A stretch of DNA of 64,000 bases from Octopus sinensis (GCF_006345805.1 NC_042997.1:143034001-143098000); one strand, 5' to 3'. Counted from the stretch's first letter, positions 48,005 through 60,986 are shown. Notes: generated from the letters alone by a model not told the origin. Program-made: numbers and translations.

Positions 48005-49336
48005 AGGCATCTAGCTACAGAAACCATACCAAAATAGACACTGGCATATGATGCAGTCCTCTGACTCAGATCCTGTTGAACCGTCCCACTCATACCAACA
48101 TAGAAGATGAGCTTTAAATACTGATGATGATACACGCACACACACACACACACAATCTGTGCTGGTGCCATGTAAAAAGCACTTATGTAAGTGCCATGTA
48201 GAAGCACTTGTGTGGTGTCACGTAAGAGCACCCAACACACTCTGTAAAGTGGTTGGCGTTAGGAAAGACATCCAGCCGTAGAAACCATGCCAAATCAGAC
48301 TGGAGCCTGGTGCAGCTCTCCTACTTGCCAGCTCAGGTCAAAACATTTAACCCATTCTAACATGGACAATGGACATTAGATGATAATGATGATGACATCA
48401 AGCTTCTGGACAGTCTTTATCTACCAAATTCCATCAACAGTATATTAGTCAGTCCAAGACTCTTGTACCAGCAGGTATAGAAAGGATTTTGCTATTTTGG
48501 ATGGTACTGTATTGCTGTAGCTTATCTCTTCACTAATGTGACTTTGAACTGGAAGTGGTACTGATTATCAGTTAATGAGATGAAAGGCAAACTTAGTACA
48601 GTGGCTTGTGGGGGTTTAGGTGAGGAGAAGAGAGAAAGGTTGCAATGGTTTTCCCATGCTGTCATGGGTTGAACAAAACTTATTGAGTCAGTATTCTGTG
48701 GGCAGATGCTCTTACTGATGTTGATCTTTATTTGTTTTTTAAGTAAGGTGTTTTTATTCCACTGGCCTGCAGATATTGTTTGATTGGCACTCTGTTGGTT
48801 TCCAGTTGGTTTAATCAATGGAATGTCTTGTTTGTTAAACTCACATGCAAGTAGCTGAGCACTCCACAGACACATGTACCCTTAACATAGCTCTCAGGGA
48901 GATTCAGCGTGACACAGAATGAGACAATACAGGTACTACTCATTTTTGCTAGCTGAGTGGACTGGAGCAACTTGAAATAAAGTGTCTTGCTCAAGGAAAG
49001 AACTGTCCTTTTGAATCAAACTCATGACTGGATAATTGAGAGCTGAATAGCCTAACCACTTAGCTACCTACCTTTACATTGTTTATGGGAAACATAAACA
49101 TCTGTTACTATTTTTTGCCCATATGGTTACTATATGAAGAGAGACAGAAATACATATGCGGTTCCATACAGTTTCCATCTATTATGACTTCAGTTTAGCA
49201 GATTTAACACCAGTCATTATATTTCTCATTAATTAATATTTCTGAAGACCAACTGCATGTTTTAATTTAGCCTATTTTTAAAGTTGTGTGTAATATATAA
49301 TAAAGAGATGTTAACAATAGGCTTGTTATGTTTCAG

Positions 49337-49566
49337 GTATGAGGAACTTCACCCTAATGTAGAAGAAATTTCTATAGAGACTGCTGAAAAAGATCCATCT
49401 TTTGATGATGCTTCAGTAATATCTGATACAACAACTCAGACTGATAAAATTGAGAACAAGGATAGTTTAGAAAAGGGAGCAAATGATGAAGAAACAGCTG
49501 AAGAGTTTCCATCCTATTCAGAATGGACCAAAAAAGTTCTTGCAGAAGAAAAAAATAAGCAGGACG
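49337..49566 (+). CDS. SUCO: SUCO exon: YEELHPNVEE...AEEFPSYSEWTKKVLAEEKNKQD
   Basis: tttcag acceptor, ACG|gtaaga donor, 230 nt, phase 2/1. FPSYSEWTKKV matches the pre-SUN motif of SUCO (human IPTFDEWKKKV, recalled). Confidence 0.93.
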
Positions 49567-49692
49567 GTAAGAGTGATTATAGTCATGCACTATTTAGCTA
49601 TAACTTTGAACTGTTATTTATTTTGACATGCTTGAGTTTATATTAATGTAATAGACAAGTACTTCATACTGGGTTCTGTTATGTTATTGCAG

Positions 49693-49867
49693 ATCAGGGA
49701 CAGACCAGCAGTAATTTGCCTCAGAAGCAGAAGATGCGTAACAACTATGCATCTGCCGACTGTGGGGCTAAAGTAGTGCTTGCCAATCCTGAAGCTGAAA
49801 ATATTAAATATATCCTGAATAGTAACCCTGATGAGTACATGATCAATCCCTGTCAGTCTAAGAAATG
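49693..49867 (+). CDS. SUCO: SUCO SUN-domain exon 1: DQGQTSSNLPQKQKMRNNYASADCGAKVVLANPEAENIKYILNSNPDEYMINPCQSKK(W)
   Basis: ttattgcag acceptor, ATG|gtatgt donor, 175 nt, phase 1/2; NYAS..CGAK..NPEA..Y..NPC is diagnostic of SUCO/SLP1. Confidence 0.97.
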
Positions 49868-49984
49868 GTATGTGAAAATTTTAATATTTTAACATTCACT
49901 TGCTTGCATTTTAACTTTCTTTTTCTGTACTCCTTGTTATTTCAGCTCTTTTTTTTCTCCCTCATATTAAACTCCCTGGAAGAG

Positions 49985-50292
49985 ATGGGGCAAAGTGGTG
50001 AAGCATGATCTTTGAATGTTGGGTCTCCCAGAGATGACATGTGATCAAGACCTTTTGCAGCTTGCTGTGCTTGAGAAGACTCATCAAGCCAAGTGAAATT
50101 GTAGTCATGGCCGGTGCCGGTAACATGTAAAAGGCACCCACTACACTCTTGGAGTGGTTGACATTAGGAAGGGCATCCAACCATAGAAACCAAGCCAAAT
50201 CAGACTGGAACCTAGTACAGCTCTCCAGCTTACCAGTTCCAGTCAAACTGTCTAACCCAAACCAGCATGGAAAGCAGATGCTAAATGATGAT
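49985..50292 (+). mobile_element. RTE LINE 3' end including ORF terminus
   Basis: WGKVVKHDL*MLGLPEMTCDQDLLQLAVLEKTHQAK* runs directly into ggcacccactacactc..ggaagggcatcc..catggaaagcagatgctaaatgatga. Confidence 0.85.
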
Positions 50293-51572
50293 AAACTGGT
50301 TCAATGGATATCTTCCCATAACGAAATTATAATCACACATATCAGAACTTTACTGTAAATCAGTTTTTCAAGGTTTTTCCATCTGACTAATTACCTCACA
50401 ATTCTGGGATTCACTAATCCAACAGCTTTGATGGTTTAAGACAGTAATCTGTTCTCTTTTGTTTCTGTTGTAGCTTAGTAGAATTGTGCCACAAGACTAG
50501 CACTTTCATCATAAAGGAGTCCAGTTGCTCTGAACTTGGTTTATGCTGATGCAACTTTGTATCAGTATGAATAATACAGTACAATATCACAATATCTTTT
50601 ACTTGTTTCAGTCATTGGACTGTGGCCATGCTGGGACACTGTGTTGAAGGTTTTTAGTTATTGAATCAACTCCAGTACTTATGTTGATTTAAAGTCTGAT
50701 ACTTATTCTGTATTCTCTTCTGCTGAACTGCTAAGTTACAGGGACAAACCAACACTGATTGTCAAGCAGGGGAGGAAGGCAAACAGACATGAAGGCGCAC
50801 ACACATAGACATATATTTGTGTGTGTGTGTGTGTTTATTAAGGGCTTCTACACAGTTTCCATCTGATAAATTCACTCTCAAGGCTTTGGTTGGCTGGGGT
50901 TGTAGAAGACATTTCTCCAAGGTGCTGTGCAGTGAGACTGAACCCAAAACCCAAAGTGAGCCATGCATAGTTTTGCCATTTTTTATATTAAGGTTTACTG
51001 ATTTTGAAAATCTGCAACTCTGGCCCCTGTCTTGTCCCAAGCTTGCCAGATTAGTGAAGTTCAACTTGTATTAGTTTCTCTCTCAATATTTCAACATCTT
51101 ATGCTCACTGGAAAAATCTATCTTATAAGAGCATTTATCTTTAACAAGGAGCTATTGCTACATGAAAAGCATCCAGAACTTTCTGTAAAGTAGTTGATGT
51201 TAGGAAGGGCATCCAGCCACCGAAACCATACCAAAGCAAACATTGGAGCATGATACTCTCCTTGGCCTGACCCATCAGATCTTGTCGGCCCTTCAGATCC
51301 TGTCAACCCATCAGCTCCTGTCGACCCATCTAATCCATGCCAGCACAGAACATAGACTTTAAATGATGATGAATTTTCCAGTTTCATACCAGTCCCAATT
51401 GAATTTTCTTGTAATATTTAAGCCTGTCTCTACAACACCATTTTGAGTCTCCCTAGTACCATATTGCACTAAGCAGCTTATAACCTATATTAACCCTTTA
51501 GCATTTAAATTGGCCATATCCAGCCAATATATTCTATTCTGATCAGTTCTTTCACACCGACCCTACAATATC

Positions 51573-51787
51573 TATTTCTTTACTACCCACAAGGGGCTAA
51601 ACACAGAGGGACAAACAGATTGTCGATTACATCGACCCCAGTGTGTAACTGGTACTTAATTTATCGACCCCGAAAGGATGAAAGGCAAAGTCGACCTTGG
51701 CGGAATTTGAACTCAGAACGTAACAGCAGACGAAATACCGCTAAGCATTTCGCCCGTCACGTTAATGTTTCTGCCAGCTTGCCACCT
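51573..51787 (-). mobile_element. Near-intact Nin/Deu-domain SINE inside a piggyBac-type MITE (51490-51917)
   Basis: 9-bp TSD tacaatatc at 51564-51572 and 51788-51796; many CpGs retained. Confidence 0.9.
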
Positions 51788-52421
51788 TACAATATCATTC
51801 TAAAAATTAAGTTACTTCATCAAAATCACAAAGCTAAAAGATAATTGCATGAATAATTCAAAACGATTTGAATAAATAAGCATTACTTTTGATAGAACAA
51901 TGTGAATGCTAAAGGACTGATATTAACTGTCTAGCATAGCAAATGAAGCAATGTCACCATGCTGACTTGATTAGTCAGCTGCTGGAAGTAGTCTAAAAAC
52001 ATAATTTAGAAATTTTTATAGTATTTTTATAATGTTTTATAATGTTAGTTCAGTCATTTGAAATTGCCTGCTGTGTCCGACATACATGTAATAGCAGCAG
52101 CTGTATTGGAATATTTGATCTCCAGTATAATTTGTCTGTGAGTGAGTGAAACAAAGTTAAGTATCTAAATAGTGGGGCAATGTGAATGTCAAACAATACA
52201 GCTTTGAATTATATTTCTTTCAATATTTAGTTTCATCATACCTTGATTAGCTACTGCACCATTACAAGTTAAACTGTTTCTATTAAAACTGATCTTCAGT
52301 AAATAAAAAAAAAAAAAATGAATTGGCAAGTTGATCACAATATGGTTAGACTCAAGGAAAAGACTTGTTCTATGCTGTAATAGATAAGTGTATGTAAAGT
52401 TCAGACATCTAAGGTTATTAT

Positions 52422-52730
52422 TACTTCTGCCTTCACTAAGGCAAAGGTATTGTTTTCAGTCATGTTTGTTTGTTTGCTTGGACAATATAGATCAAGAACC
52501 ACTGGATGGATTCAGATGAAACTTTCAGGGATGTTTGTCCTTGTGACTGGCATGAACTGATTAGATTTTGGGGTCGATCCAGTACCGGACAAGGATTCTG
52601 GATTATTTGTTACTTTACTTTACCTGAAGTGTTACGAGATATTCTCATTTTAAAAATCATTTCCAACTAATCGTTGAGAGGACGTTGGTATTGCTTTGGC
52701 AGAGGTTTGCGCTCTCTGAGTGCTCTTGCT
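52422..52730 (+). mobile_element. HINE-like element, copy 2
   Basis: Colinear with 28176-28530; tttggcagaggt followed by hairpin gcgctctctgagtgc. Confidence 0.7.
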
Positions 52731-52784
52731 GTTATTATTATTATTATTCTAAATGTATGACAGCCAACTGGTTGAATTTTCCTT

Positions 52785-53135
52785 TAGGTGCAGACATGGC
52801 TTTTTGGTAAGAAGCTGGTTCTAGATTCAGTCCTAAGTAATTTGCATTATAGTCCTGTGAGTGGATCTGTTAAATGGAAACTGTAAGAAGCCTTTTGTTT
52901 GTATGTGTGTGTTTTACATTCTGTGAAGTTGTAAACAAGTGTCATCACCATGCAAGTGGGTGTCCTCCATTTCTAACCTTCCATGAAAGCATGTCTGATT
53001 ATGAGGAAATATTACCTTACTTGGAAACAGATGCAGGTTAGCAACAGGAAGTGTATCCAGTTGCAGAAAATCCATCTCAACAAATTCTGTCCAACTCATG
53101 CAAGCATAGAAAAGTGGACATTAAAATGATGATGA
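52785..53135 (+). mobile_element. SINE type A
   Basis: Decayed head, (GT)n, tail catgcaagcatagaaaagtggacattaaaatgatgatga. Confidence 0.7.
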
Positions 53136-54099
53136 CACACATTAAAGGATGAACTCTTTTGACTAACATTGAGATAATATCCATATTTGTGGCAACTGAG
53201 ACCATATGATCTACAATTGCTTTCTCAAAATTTTAATGGAAGATTAACAACAAAACGCTTGTCAAATATACAATCCTTCTGCTTTACAATAATAAAGTGT
53301 ACTTCCTCATTGTACTTATCTAAATTTAGATAGGATGGGCCATTGAGTATTATGTTTTTTACTTAAAATACTACCCAGTACCAGTGTCAGGATGTAAGTT
53401 CTCATTTCAACCAGAAAACTGACACTTTATTAACTTACTCAACTTTCTATCTTATTCAATACACTGTTTGTTTGTTTGTTTGTTGTTGTTATTTTTTTGT
53501 CTTTTTTTTTTTAAATAAGGTGGCCAACTAGTTGAATCCTTAGTGTGTCATTGGACAAAATAACAGCAGTTCTTCTGGCTTGTTACATTTGAAAGTTCAA
53601 ATCCTGCCTTCCAGGGTCAATGAAATAAAGTACCAGTCAAGTAATTGGGTTTCCCCTTCCCTTCAAAATTGCTAGCTTTGTATTAATATTAGAAAGAATG
53701 ATTTATTTGAAAGGGCCAAATGATGTTCAGGAAGCTCGTTATTTTTCTGTGAACAACAAAGGGTTTCTCTCACACTACAGAGAGTAAAGTGTATGAAGCA
53801 TGTGTGATGATACATGGTAATGAAATAGGAACATTTTAATGCATATCTACAAAAGCTAGAGTGAAATAGGTTGGGTATGATTTGTTAGATGTATAATGGG
53901 GTACATGGCACCAAGACATGAGTGCTGGAATGTGAGTAGGATGACTGGTATTTACTTTGATATAAGTTGTAATTAAAGCAAAGCTAGACAAGACATTATG
54001 TACCTGTCACTTTGGTGGCTCCATTCTGTATTGTTATTTGCAAGTAAGGTGTGGGCTACTACAAAATGGGAAGAACATCATTTGGCTTGGAATATCATT

Positions 54100-54350
54100 G
54101 CAAGAGCTTATCCGAAATGAGGTCATTGGAGAATGGAGCATAGTGAACGACAGGATTGCAGAATACTGAAAGCAAAAGCTTGTAAGGTTCATAGACAACA
54201 GGAAGACCTATACAGCTGCTGAGTGGTATCCAAGATACCAGAAAAGGCCATATTGATGGCCTCGACAATAATGAGAAGGTAATTTAGTTAAACTATTCGG
54301 GGCCCAGATGGAAAAGAAGTGTGCAATCAAAAAAGAACTGGAAGCCTATT
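54100..54350 (+). mobile_element. Highly degenerate RTE ORF C-terminal fragment
   Basis: AEWYPRYQKRPY*WPRQ..GNLVKLFG resembles the RTE EWYPR..KRP.GRP..RW motif. Confidence 0.55.
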
Positions 54351-54519
54351 GTAATAAGTGATGTGCAACAACATCCAATAGTTCAGCCAATACAGGTGAT
54401 AATGTTAATGCTCTTAAAATGGAAGAGCATGAGGGAACTGAGAGGGATTTGACATTTAAAAATTGTGATGATATTTAATAGTAACAGTAATGTATTTTGT
54501 TGTTTTCTTGTCTTTCCAG

Positions 54520-54627
54520 GTTCATTGTTGAGCTATGTGAATCCATACAAATAAAGAATATTGAAACAGCCAGTCTAGAATTGTTTTCATCCCGTCCAAA
54601 GACCTTCCGAATCTCAGTTAGTGATAG
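54520..54627 (+). CDS. SUCO: SUCO SUN-domain exon 2: FIVELCESIQIKNIETASLELFSSRPKTFRISVSD(R)
   Basis: tctttccag acceptor, TAG|gtaggt donor, 108 nt, phase 2/2. Confidence 0.97.
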
Positions 54628-57107
54628 GTAGGTATTCGAGCTTGGTTATCAATATGGCATCATTTTGGAACAATGCGCACGCACACAAACACACACACAC
54701 ACACACTCTCTCTCTCGCTCGCTCGCTCACTCACTCACTCACTCACTCGCTCGTATTGGTGCCATTTAAAAAAAGCACCCACTACACTCTGTAAAATGGT
54801 TGGAAGGGTATCCAGCTGTAAAAACCTAGCCAAAACAGATTATGGAACCTGGTGTGACCCCTGTCAAGCCGTCCAATCCATGCCAGCATGGAAAGCAAAC
54901 ATTAAATGTTGACGATGACAACGAGTAGTAGGAGGAGGTTGGCAGAATCCTTAAAAGTATTGGTTAGAATGCATTTTGGTATTTCATTACAGCTCTTTAA
55001 TTTCTGAATTCAAACCTCACTACAGTCAACATTGCTTTGCCTTTTATCTCATAGGATATCAATCAAATATTGGGATTGATCTAATTGTCTATAATATCCC
55101 CTCCTCAAAATTAAATATTGTGCCACTGTTGAAGATCAACAATAATTATAATAGTAAATATATTTCCTGTTGGTCTGTATGTGGGTATAAAGGGATTGGA
55201 GAAGTTCAGGAAATTATAACTTCTGTTCTAAACAAAGGGGTTTCTGTATGTACCATATTTCAACAGCGGCATTTCAAGTACTTTTTTCCTTTCTATGTGC
55301 CCACTACTTTAGTTTTGAAGCCTTTAATGATGCTGGTAATGTTGGGTGTACTTCTCAAGTTCATTTTTACATTTGTTTCTAATTTTATTATAAACATCTT
55401 GCAGAATTTGTGGTTCTGTAAGAATGTTTCTTTATTTAAGAGGAAGACTTTAACATTCATACCTACATAGTGGATGAAATCTGAAGTTCCTCTTTCGGTT
55501 GTTTATTGAATGACCAATTCTTTGTTGTTGTTTAGTCTCAGGTCAGTCCTGAACCAGTAAATCTTTGATTAAAAACATCCTAGCTCTGATCATCTTGCAT
55601 TTTATTCAGCCATGGTTTAGCTAGAACTACATGATCTCATATGTCTTTTTTTTTTCTGCAAACGGCACCTGTGCTGGTGGCATATAAAGTGGTTGGTGTA
55701 AGGAAGGGCATCCAGCCATAGAAAACCATACCATGTCAACCTGGAGTTCGGTGCAGCCTTCCAGCGTGCCAGTCTGGTCAAACCTTCCAACCCATGCCAG
55801 CATGGACAATGGGCAGTAAATGAGGATGATAATGTGTAGGTTGCGATTTGAAGGAGATTTTGTTGTTATTCTTAGTTAGTTGAATGACCACATAGAGGCT
55901 CCCTCACCTTGGTGATTTGGATGGGTGTAGAATCTTTAAGTCTGAAATACCTAGATTTGAGCACCTCCTTAGAGTATTTCTGGCTATGATAAATGTTATC
56001 AACCAAGAGCAGCAATCAAATCTCCTTCAAATTACTTCCTACTGTTTTGAAAAGAACCCTCTAAAAAAACATAGGACAGGCTAGATGATGTAGTCCTAGA
56101 TATAAATAGCCCCCAATGTAGAATGGTCATGGCTGGAATGCATTACAGTGATAGGCCTATTTAATCAGGGCTGACTTATGGCTAACTAACAGTAACAACA
56201 AACAGCAGCTGCTTCTGGTCATTAGCTATTGTCAGATTCCACTTTAGTGATTTAATTATGTATAGAAAATACTGCTATAGTGACCAAATGCCATTTCCTG
56301 TTGTCAACTTGTTTCCAAGTAAAGTAAATATTTCCTCATGGCTGGACATGTTTTCAGGGAAGATTGAAAATGAACAACCTTATTTGTAAGACAGTTATGC
56401 TCATTTACAACCATTGGCTGGTTCAAAGACACACAAAGCACACATGCACACATACATATATATATCAATATTCAAAGCTTAAAAGCAGCGACTTGGCAGA
56501 ATCATTAGCAACTCCAGGAAAAATGTTTAGTGGCATTTTGTTTCTCTTTACATTCTGAGCTCAAATTCAACTTTGCCCTTCATCCTTTCAGGATCAATAA
56601 AATAAGTACCAGTTGAGTACTGAGGTTGATGTAATCAAACTATCCCCTCTCCTGAACTCGCTGGCCTTGTGCCAAAATTTGAAATCAATATTATGAAACT
56701 TAGAGAGAATGGGTACTACTTGTATTTCTCAAATTAAGTAATAAGCAAAACTGTTAGTCAGGTGTTCAAATCTTTCCTTTGAAATTAGGTTGTCTTCTTC
56801 AGCCAAGTATGTAATTTTATCTGTCTTGGTTACTCAGCTTTATGTTGTGATATTTGTTAATAAAGGTTTTCCACTACGAAACTCTTTTATTTTACCAAAT
56901 ATTCTTGTAAATATTCAGATTTAGAACCAGCACCAAGTAGTTCCATGTTAAAATAGGCAAAAAAATAAAAACTATAAAAAACAAACAAAATAATTATTTA
57001 CACTGTGATTGCTTTATTTTAAACTAGAACACTGTTTTCTAATAATGCAACTTAGTTAATGTTGAAACGTAAACTGATATCGAATTTATTTTGTTTTATA
57101 CTTTCAG

Positions 57108-57269
57108 ATACCCCATTAAAGAGTGGCAGCTATTAGGTACATTTGAATCAACTGAAGAACGAACAATTCATAAGTATCAAATAACAGAGGAAAATTATTC
57201 CAAATTTGTCAAGGTAGACATACTTGATCACTATGGCGAGGAGCATTTTTGTCCTCTCACTCTTTTCCG
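57108..57269 (+). CDS. SUCO: SUCO SUN-domain exon 3: YPIKEWQLLGTFESTEERTIHKYQITEENYSKFVKVDILDHYGEEHFCPLTLF(R)
   Basis: tactttcag acceptor, CCG|gtaagt donor, 162 nt, phase 2/2; HYG.EHFCPL motif. Confidence 0.97.
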
Positions 57270-57477
57270 GTAAGTTCTAAGTTTATTCTTTGATTCTCTT
57301 ACTTGTTTCACTCATTGGATTGGCCATACTCAGGCACTGCCTTCAAGAGTTTTCAGTTGATTGTATCAACTTTATTCATTTGTTTTAACATCTGTTTTTC
57401 CTTACTAGCATGGGTTGGATGAAGACTTATTTGAGGTTAGTGTTTTATGGCTGGATGCTCTTTGTATCATACACTCC

Positions 57478-57865
57478 CGTGCCGGTGGCACGTGAAAAGC
57501 ACCATTCAAGCATGGTCAATGCCAGGTCTGCCTGACTGGCTCCCATGTCAGTGGCACATAAAAAGCACCATCTGAACGTGGTTGATGCCAGTGCCCCCTG
57601 ACTGGCTCCCATGCCAGTGGCACGTAAAAAGCACTATCCGAACACAATTGATGCTAGGCCCGCCTGACTAGCTCCTGTGCAGGTGGTACGTAAAAAGCAC
57701 CCACTACACTCTCAGAGTGATTGGCATTAGGAAGGGCATCCAGCTGTAGAAGCATTGCCAGATCAGATTGGAGTCTGGTGCAGCTGCTGGTTTTCCAGAC
57801 CTCAGTCAAACTGTCCAACCCATGCCAGAATGGAAACCAGACGTTAAATGATGATGATGATGATG
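57478..57865 (+). mobile_element. RTE LINE 3' UTR copy with 66-bp VNTR
   Basis: aaaagcac recurs at 57495, 57561, 57627, 57693, then the standard tail ending (gat)n. Confidence 0.85.
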
Positions 57866-59034
57866 CAGGATCACTTCTCAGTGCCACATATCAAGCACCC
57901 ATGCTAGCACTATGAAATAGCATTGGTGCTGGTGCCATGTTGAAAGCACACAGTACTAAAGTGGTTGGCATAAGGAAGGACATCCAACTGTAGAAACCAT
58001 GCCAAAATATACAATTGGTGCCTGGTGCAGCTCTCTAGTTCTTGTCAAACTATCCAACCCATATCAGCATAGAAATTGGGTGTTAAATGGTGATGATGAT
58101 ATCTTAAAAAGCTTTTGCACCTTGCATATCCTAATGATCTTTTATCTTCAAATTAGCATCTATGTAGGAATTGTTTTGGCATCATGTGATGGTGGTAAAT
58201 GAGTATGACTGTCATACAATCAAGGAGTCATATAACTGGTGTTTGGAAGGAAATCAGGTAAAATTTAATGTCCAGGTTAACTGTTTAGTCTCCAATCTCA
58301 ACCATTTTCATGCACATCTATGAACAAAAGCATTCTAGTACCCTCTTATTACCATCAACGTTTTAAAAATTTATTTATGAAACGATTGGTAAATAAACAA
58401 TCCTCCAACTCCTTGCCCTTTTCCTTCTCCATGAGGTAGTGATAGCTATTCCAAAAGTCCACCAACCAACTCCCACTACCTGTCTTGCAAGTGTAATAGT
58501 TTATTTACTAATCCTTTAGTAAAAATATTGACTGTCAATAATATGAATGTACCACAGTCTAACTTTGATTATACTAGTATTTCTTACAGGAGGAAGGAGA
58601 GGCTATGAAGACTGCAAAGCAGGGAATAATTGAGATTGGGGACTAAACAGTTAACGTAGACATTAAATTTTACCTGATTTCCTTACAAACACCAGTTATA
58701 TATATGACTCCTTGATTAATCTGGCTAATTTTACTGAGAGCTGTTAAATTGGTGACTCTTTCTATAAATACTGTTTATGTTCATTTGAACAATAAGAATT
58801 AATGGGAACCTTTGTTTTTTTTTTGTTGTTTTTTTAAGATGTTGGCAATTAAATGTTTATGACACAATTTAAAAAGGCATTGGTGTATACAAGTTTTTAT
58901 GTGCCATTACAAAGTATAACTGCTTTTGTTGCTTAAATTATCTTGTACAGCATTAATGTGTACAAATTGTTTTTTTACTACTGAACGTTCCAATTTTCAA
59001 ACATTAAATAGGTGAACTTAAATGCTGTGTGTTT

Positions 59035-59398
59035 GAGAAACTTGCTTCACACTCTTCTTCGTCTTAGGTTCAGTCTCACTGTGTGGTACCTTGAATAAGT
59101 GGTTTATACTCTAGACCTAACCAAAGTCTTGTGAATGTATTTAGTAGACAGAAACTAAAAGAAGCCCATTTTGTGTGCGTGCTCGCTCGCTCTTGCCTAG
59201 AAATCATGTGATAGATGTAAATGAGCATCATTGTCATACAAGCGAGGTGGTTTGTTTCCAATCTTCTGTGAAAAACACGTCCGACTATGGGGAAATATTG
59301 CTTTGCTTGGAAACGTGAAGGTTGGCAACAAGAAGGGCCACAGAAAACTTACCCCATGCAAGTGTGGAAAAGGGGACGTTAAATGATGATGATGATTT
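59035..59398 (+). mobile_element. SINE type A
   Basis: ggttcagtctcactgtgtggtaccttg head; ggacgttaaatgatgatgatga tail. Confidence 0.75.
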
Positions 59399-59449
59399 AT
59401 TGTTTAACATTCCTTTTTCATTTTATTTTTCATTTATGGTATTTTTCAG

Positions 59450-59511
59450 GGTTTTTGGTTTCACTATTGAAGAAGATATGGAAAGTGATGTTAACCAGCA
59501 CGACGATCTCG
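59450..59511 (+). CDS. SUCO: SUCO exon: VFGFTIEEDMESDVNQHDDL
   Basis: atttttcag acceptor, TCG|gtaaag donor, 62 nt, phase 2/1; completes the RVFG end of the SUN domain. Confidence 0.93.
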
Positions 59512-59953
59512 GTAAAGCTAATTAAAATATTTTTATTTACTGTATTTGATTGGCATAAACAGTGCACAGGCATATTAGCTGCACCCCAATTTCTGTAGTA
59601 TATATTCAGGAAATAAGTTTTGATGCACCAAAGCTTGTAATATAAGTCTAACTTCACATATAGGACCTGGGGTAATTTTTGCCACATAATTTTTGAAAAA
59701 AAGTGCATCCTATTTACCATTTACAGTATTTCTTTTAAAATTTGTTTTAGTCAAGAGGAAAGGATGGTCCTTTGAGCTTGGCAGATTCTGTTGTAAATAT
59801 ATTTGGATTTTGATAGTTAAATAAAAGAAGCAATACGAGTTTTTCTGTAGCTATAAATATATTTATTACATTCACTAAAAACTCTATTGAATTTCCAATC
59901 CACTCAGTGAAATGTTTAGATAAAAAGTCAATAGAAATGATTATGTCAAAACA

Positions 59954-59986
<33 letters not shown>

Positions 59987-60128
59987 ATGTATGTGTGTGT
60001 GTGTGCACATTTATGTGTATGTATATGAGATGAACCCAGTTGTTTGCATTTACAAAAATGTTATCATGTTGCAATATATTGAACTTGTTCTTTTGTTAAT
60101 GGATTCTAATTCACCTTTTATATTTCAG

Positions 60129-60179
60129 ATGATGATGTACAAGATGAACCTCCAGTAAATTTATTTGCTAGTGCTAAAG
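60129..60179 (+). CDS. SUCO: SUCO exon: DDDVQDEPPVNLFASAK
   Basis: atatttcag acceptor, AAG|gtgtgg donor, 51 nt, phase 1/1; NLFASA resembles SUCO NLLGSA. Confidence 0.88.
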
Positions 60180-60213
60180 GTGTGGATACTTTACCTCATT
60201 CATTCATTCATTC

Positions 60214-60215
<2 letters not shown>

Positions 60216-60270
<55 letters not shown>

Positions 60271-60278
60271 CCCTTTCC

Positions 60279-60330
<52 letters not shown>
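60216..60330. repeat. (CT)n microsatellite, interrupted
   Basis: Two CT runs 36 bp downstream of the 60129 exon donor; another at 47006-47047. Confidence 0.97.
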
Positions 60331-60827
60331 CCCCCTTGATAATCTGCTGTGCTAGGTTGAGCAATGGAAATTTCTTCTCCTATTCATTCTAATAAATAAT
60401 CAAAAGATTTAAAATGCATAGACATGTTTGCATGTTCGTACAGATTAATTGTCAAATACATAAATGCGTATGCATACTTGATTTCTTCCATTTCTGGCTT
60501 CCACTTCCAGAGTATTTAACTTATATTTAATAACTCTGTGTGTATGTGTGTGTTATAATAGGATGCCAAATTTCCAGATTTCATCATCATCATCCACTGT
60601 TTTGTCCCCGTTAACGAGGGTGGCTGGATCTACCTCAATGCCATAGCCACTTTGCTCAGTTTTGGGCGTCCTTTATCAAACCAACCCTCCCAATCTCCTC
60701 CACCTTTTCCTCAGTCTACCTCACTTTCATGCTCTATTTAGTTCAAACACAATCACCCTTCTCAGAACATGCTCTTCATCCCTTCTCAACACATGCTCAC
60801 ACTGTCTTTTCTTTTGTCTGTCTCCAG

Positions 60828-60986
60828 ACACAGTTTTAAGGTTGGTGAAGCATGTACTGACAACCGGTAATGAACAGGCAAATAAAGAGAATGAAGATGG
60901 CAGTCAGGCTGGTCATCCTGAAGAAAGTAAATCCAATGCAACGTCTCAGAAGATCAAGACTCCTAATGCTACTATTCCATGTCAAG
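60828..60986 (+). CDS. SUCO: SUCO exon: DTVLRLVKHVLTTGNEQANKENEDGSQAGHPEESKSNATSQKIKTPNATIPCQ
   Basis: tctgtctccag acceptor, AAG|gtaatt donor, 159 nt, phase 1/1. Confidence 0.9.
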
